From contig OZ024742.1 of assembly GCA_964016885.1 (NCBI GenBank), positions 250,976,001-251,040,000 of the forward strand: a stretch of 64,000 nucleotides of DNA, in the 5' to 3' direction. Within the stretch, counting starts at the first letter, position 1; every line of letters begins with the position of its first letter. This DNA comes from Eledone cirrhosa. Its lineage: Eukaryota. Of the stretch, positions 59,477 to 64,000 are shown piece after piece. The notes beneath the pieces are model-generated. The model was not told where the DNA came from, ran no database searches, and worked only from the letters and a program-made list of their open reading frames with translations. The translations under genes were made by a program, and so were the position numbers.

Positions 59477-60491
59477 TATATTATATATATATAGAGAGAG
59501 AGAGAGTGGGAGATATGAAGTGGCCTTTGCGAACAAAACCTCGGGCCAGAATTGATGTTTTAAGGAGGAGGAAGTGGAGATGGTAGTGGTAACAGTAGTA
59601 TATAATGATAGCAACGGCAGTGGAGTGTACTGTTGGTAGTAGTACACCACCACTACCACTACTACTACTACTACTTGTAATAGTATAGGTAGAAAGCAGG
59701 ACATACGACACCGTCACTTTCTATACTATTTGTCGTCTCTCTCTCTTTCTCTCTCTCTCTTCCTCTCTCTCCCCACATCTACTATATAATGGCAATTTCT
59801 GTCTGTCTGTTTAAACAGTGATCAGAACCTGATGAACCTTTACACACATGTTAAGCTAATATTCAGAAACAGGACTGGCCAATTGGATTTCAATAAAAAT
59901 CAGTAATGAAACCCCTGGCGTATCTTTACAATGGAGGAGAAAAGAGAAGACGTTTCAGTGAGAGGGGGGGAAGAGGAGATAGTACTACTATATATATATA
60001 TATATAAGATGTCAAAATGAATGGACCTGTTATTTTTATCTAAAGACATTTTTTGATGTACGAAGTTATCACCTATATGTGGTTGGCTGTCAATCGTAGT
60101 AAGGATGTATAAAATTGGTTTGTTGGCGCCAGTATTGCAGATGTTTTAAATCCGGGGGGTTTTGTATGGATAGTGAGATTACCAGATCGAATTATGCTCG
60201 TCTCGGTAATCGGGCAATCTCACTATCCATACAAAACCCAGAGTGAAACGCCAGAGTAACAAGGCTCACCACTTAATGGATATATTTACAGACCTGTCAA
60301 CTCTCTACGTCGGACGGGGAGATCTCCCATCCACTTTGGGGTGGGTGAGAGATGTCTTCTATTAAGAAAATGGGTATAGCTTACATTATGTAAAATCTCT
60401 CCATTTTGACTCATTTCTCCCCGTTTTGGGGTCCTTTTCTTTTCATGGTACACCCCGTTTCGGGTTTTAGGGGAGGCAGGTCTGATATACA

Positions 60492-60760
60492 CAGTTGTCC
60501 CCCGTTATTCGCGGGTGTTACGTTCCAAGAGCATCCGCAAAGAGTGAAAAACCGCGTATATCCGACGTGATCCATAGTAATGCCTATAAACGTTAAAACA
60601 ACGTAAAATATAAGCCGGTAAATACGGTTTATTGTTATTAATAATTTAGCGTTAAAAAGCGTGAAAAAATATATATTGCCACGAAAAAAGTCATAAAAAA
60701 TTGCGGAAGATATTTAAGATTCCGCGAATAACTGGGACCGCTAATGCCGGGGGTACACTG
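60492..60760. mobile_element. Tigger/pogo-like MITE
   Basis: CAGTTGTCCCCCG..GGGGTACACTG|TA; same family as 34442-34786. Confidence 0.75.
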
Positions 60761-60990
60761 TATGTATATATATATATATAAATTATAAGTTTGAAGAATA
60801 GTCAGACAAAATTTAGTCTGTAGAAATCAACTAGATAAATAATCATTTAAACGGAGCTAAGTTTAAAATGTAACTTTGAAGAAATAACATAAATGTTATC
60901 GATATTCCTCTATGAGGAACAGTCAGATAAAATTTACCTAGTCTTTCCTTTTAGTCCGTAGAAATTAACTAGACAAATAATCAATTAAAC

Positions 60991-61326
60991 CAGTGTTTCT
61001 CAACCTTTTTGACCCCCGGGCCCACTTTTAGCTCCCGAAAAATGTCCGGGCCCACTTATTTTACAAGCGTAAACTAATGCTCAAAAACTATTCTGGACTA
61101 TAACCCCCACATGATATATATACTAATGCTGTTCAATCTTTTTGTTCTCCCGGCCCACTTTACTCCCTAGAAATTGCCAGGGTCAGTGCTCAAAGAGCAT
61201 TCTGGAACACTTACCCCCATATGATCCCGACTGCATTAAAATTGTGTGTGATCTTAAGTTCCAAGAAAGTCTGAAAAAATGTACAGGCCCACTGAGTTGG
61301 CCCTTGGTCCACCGTTGAGAACACTG
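60991..61326. mobile_element. hAT (Charlie-like) MITE
   Basis: TIR cagtgtttctcaac / gttgagaacactg; perfect 8-bp TSD aattaaac. Confidence 0.92.
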
Positions 61327-61515
61327 AATTAAACGGAGCTAAGTCTAAAATGTAAGTTTGAAGAAAAAATAGATAAACGTTACCAAAAATTCTCCCAACC
61401 CCGACTATCTACAGTTTCGGATATATAGAATAAGGAAATACAAACTAGTTTAGATGTTAAAGTCCTTTATTGATAAGGCCGTCATACATATTTCAATGAC
61501 GACATATACCATATA

Positions 61516-62772
61516 TTGGGTTGGCAAGAAAGTAGTTTCGGTTTTTTAGTGTGAAATAAAAGTCATTTTTTTTTTCCATACAAAGAATGAACTTTAATCA
61601 ATTATATATTTTCCATTTTGTTCGATGACCTTTTCCCATCTTTCTGACAACTTCATGAATCCTTGCTCATACAACTTTTGGTCCTTATCAGCCCAAAACT
61701 GAAGCAAGTGCGATTTCAGGTCATCATCATTATTGAAAGTTTTACTATTCAAAGAATTTTGCAAACTTCTAAATAAATGGTAATCTGGTGGTGCAAGGTC
61801 AGTGCTATATGGTGAATGTGACGTCACTTCCCAAACAAGCTCGAATAATTTTTTACGAGTTAGCAAAGACGTGTGTGGTCTAGTGTTGTCATTGTGGAAC
61901 ACAATTCCTTTACGATTTGCCAATTCTAGCCATTTTTCTTTGATTGTTTCCTATAGTTTCATTAGTTGTTGACAGTAAACATCTGAATTGATCGTTTGGT
62001 TCCTTGGAAGCAGTTCAAAATACACAACACCTTTGTAATCCCACCAAATTGACAGCATGACCTTTCTTTGAAGCAACTCAGCTTTCGATGTAGTTTGTGC
62101 TGGTTCATTAAGCTTGGACCATGATTGTTTTCGATTGATGTTATTGTAGACAATCCATTTTTCATCACCAGTGATGATTCGTTTTAAAAAAGGTTGATTT
62201 CATTGTGTTTGAGATACAAATATTGATTCGTTGTGTTAAGTGAATCTCTTTCAATTTATGTGGAACCCAAATATCGAGCTTCTTAACGAGTCCAAAACAT
62301 TTTAAGTGATTTTCAATTGTTGTGCGTGATACATTTAACCTCTCTGCAATCTCTCACACAGTTATATGACAATCAGATTCAATTATGGTTTTGATTCGGT
62401 CATCATCAACTTCAGTAGGTCGACCAGAACGTTGGTCATCTTTGAGTGAAAATCTCCAGAACGGAATTTTTAAAACCATTTCTGACATGTGCGTTTTGTT
62501 AAGCAATCAACAGCATAAACTTCACATATCTCTTTGAAAACAAAAAAGCAAAATATGGCGAAAATGTTCGTTTTTGCACTCCATATTAAAATTGACACCG
62601 AACTGTAAGCAAAACTTTTCGCTAAAATTACGTGCAATTTGCTTCTGAAGTAAGCTAAAAGTAACAGCTATCAAATGTCAAAAGGAAAAATTCATAACAT
62701 TGGCAAAAGTCATTTAAAGAAAATGGTAACTATCTATTTGCCATAAACGAAATTACTTTCTTGCCAACCCAA
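61516..62772 (-). mobile_element. Full-length mariner (mellifera-subfamily-like) with frameshifted transposase at 62584-61594
   Basis: TA TSD; TIR ttgggttggcaagaaagta; MECKNEHFRHILL, WVPHKL, TGDEKW, HNDN, HSPYSTDLAPPDYHLF. Confidence 0.93.
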
Positions 62773-63894
62773 TATATATATATATATGGTATATTTTTAC
62801 ATATTTACCCATCCGAGTTTGAGTAGAATCATTTTGGTAAAATTTTACATAAACACTAGTCTCGTGTTCGGATAGAAATTACTCCCTCCCTCTTTTTATA
62901 CCTGTATTTTAAACGATTCTAAACTTCAAAATCACCTGTAATTATTTATTGTTTTAGTTATATTGGGTGGGCAGGGGGGGGGGGTAACTGACTTTATCCC
63001 TAACACCTGACACCTTGGTAAAGTGAGCCACCAGCAAGGACAAGAACTTCGTTGTCAGCAGCCCAGTTTTCCCTTGTCCCGAACACTAGAGGCTGGAAAA
63101 AAATAGTTTACCGATAATTCCTAGTAGAAGTTCATTCCGTTCTGCTACAGAAGCAGGGATTCTAACCTTTTCTGCAGCATCTAGGGTGTGGGAAGGAATA
63201 ACAGCGTCACTGATTGTAGCATGTCAAATGAGACATCTACTTCATACACAGGGACAAAGGTTAAGACTATCTGGTCCCCTCCCATCAACTCTGGACAATC
63301 CAGCCAACTCCTGAATTGAGGGGATATTTACCCAAGCCAGAACCCGCTTAATAATTAATTTTAGCTTGGTATGGCGAGTGAAGCTGAAGCAAAGTTATTG
63401 GTTGTTGAAGAGGATGATAAACATAACAAATACAATAATTTTGGTTATATATATAACTTTACTTCACTTCAGTTAAAAACGAAAAGGAATATGATTACTT
63501 CAAATCATAAAAATATAAAGTTGATGGTAGCACTCACAAATGAATATAGTGTCGAGAAAGGTCTCTGTGTTGTGCTGGAGAATCTTTGTTATTATGAAGA
63601 GGTAGATAATTCTGTGTGGTCGAAGTGCCGATGGAAGAATTACTGATGGAAGAATTGCCCTTTTTGACAGGGCCGAAGATATTTATTACATCTTATTACT
63701 TCCTTGAGCAGGTCGAAGTGATGCTTCTCTTCCGAGCTACCAGACTACTGATGCCAACTGAGATAAAGAGAAATAGCAACCAGATGTCATTCGGGGTCAG
63801 TGTGTGTGAAGAGATTTCGCTACAAAACAACATGCATTCAGGCGCCAGTCAAACCATGAAGAGCTGTGGAGTTGTGCCTACCACAGCAACTGTA

Positions 63895-64000
63895 TCTGGC
63901 ATGTTTTCTACGGCTGGATGCCCTTCCTAACACCAACCACATTTACAATGTGGACTGAGAGCCTTTTTACTGTGTCTCCTACATGACCACTTTACGGCGT
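63895..64000 (-). mobile_element. RTE 3'UTR fragment
   Basis: ctggatgcccttcctaacaccaacc motif. Confidence 0.75.

Noticed and set aside
63371-63930. Short ORFs of 91 and 104 aa
   Set aside because: No recognisable domain; the second runs into an RTE 3'UTR.

Overview
This is AT-rich, repeat-saturated eukaryotic DNA. It is probably from a coleoid cephalopod, inferred from the (TA)n load, the RTE families with (TGA)n tails and the SINE types; this is unverified. I found no host gene, and nearly all long ORFs in the track are (TA)n translation artefacts. The window is a mosaic of decayed transposons. Retroelements include many RTE LINEs with a PHD-like finger in ORF2, two Penelope-like elements (PLEs; one Penelope/Poseidon-like, one Neptune-like), three CRE-clade pieces, an R4/Dong fragment and tRNA-derived SINEs. 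DNA elements include Helitron pieces, piggyBac, hAT and Tigger-like MITEs, and a full-length mellifera-type mariner pseudogene. The most striking unexplained layer is a set of short non-coding fold-back (inverted-repeat) elements in (TA)n tracts, several carrying intact minimal type I hammerhead ribozymes (HHRs). One has a 473-nt terminally redundant monomer resembling a retrozyme/circular-RNA insertion. One HHR family has an atypical core with covarying stems. An array of non-autonomous RTE derivatives appears to carry or generate kilobase (TA)n-CA tails.
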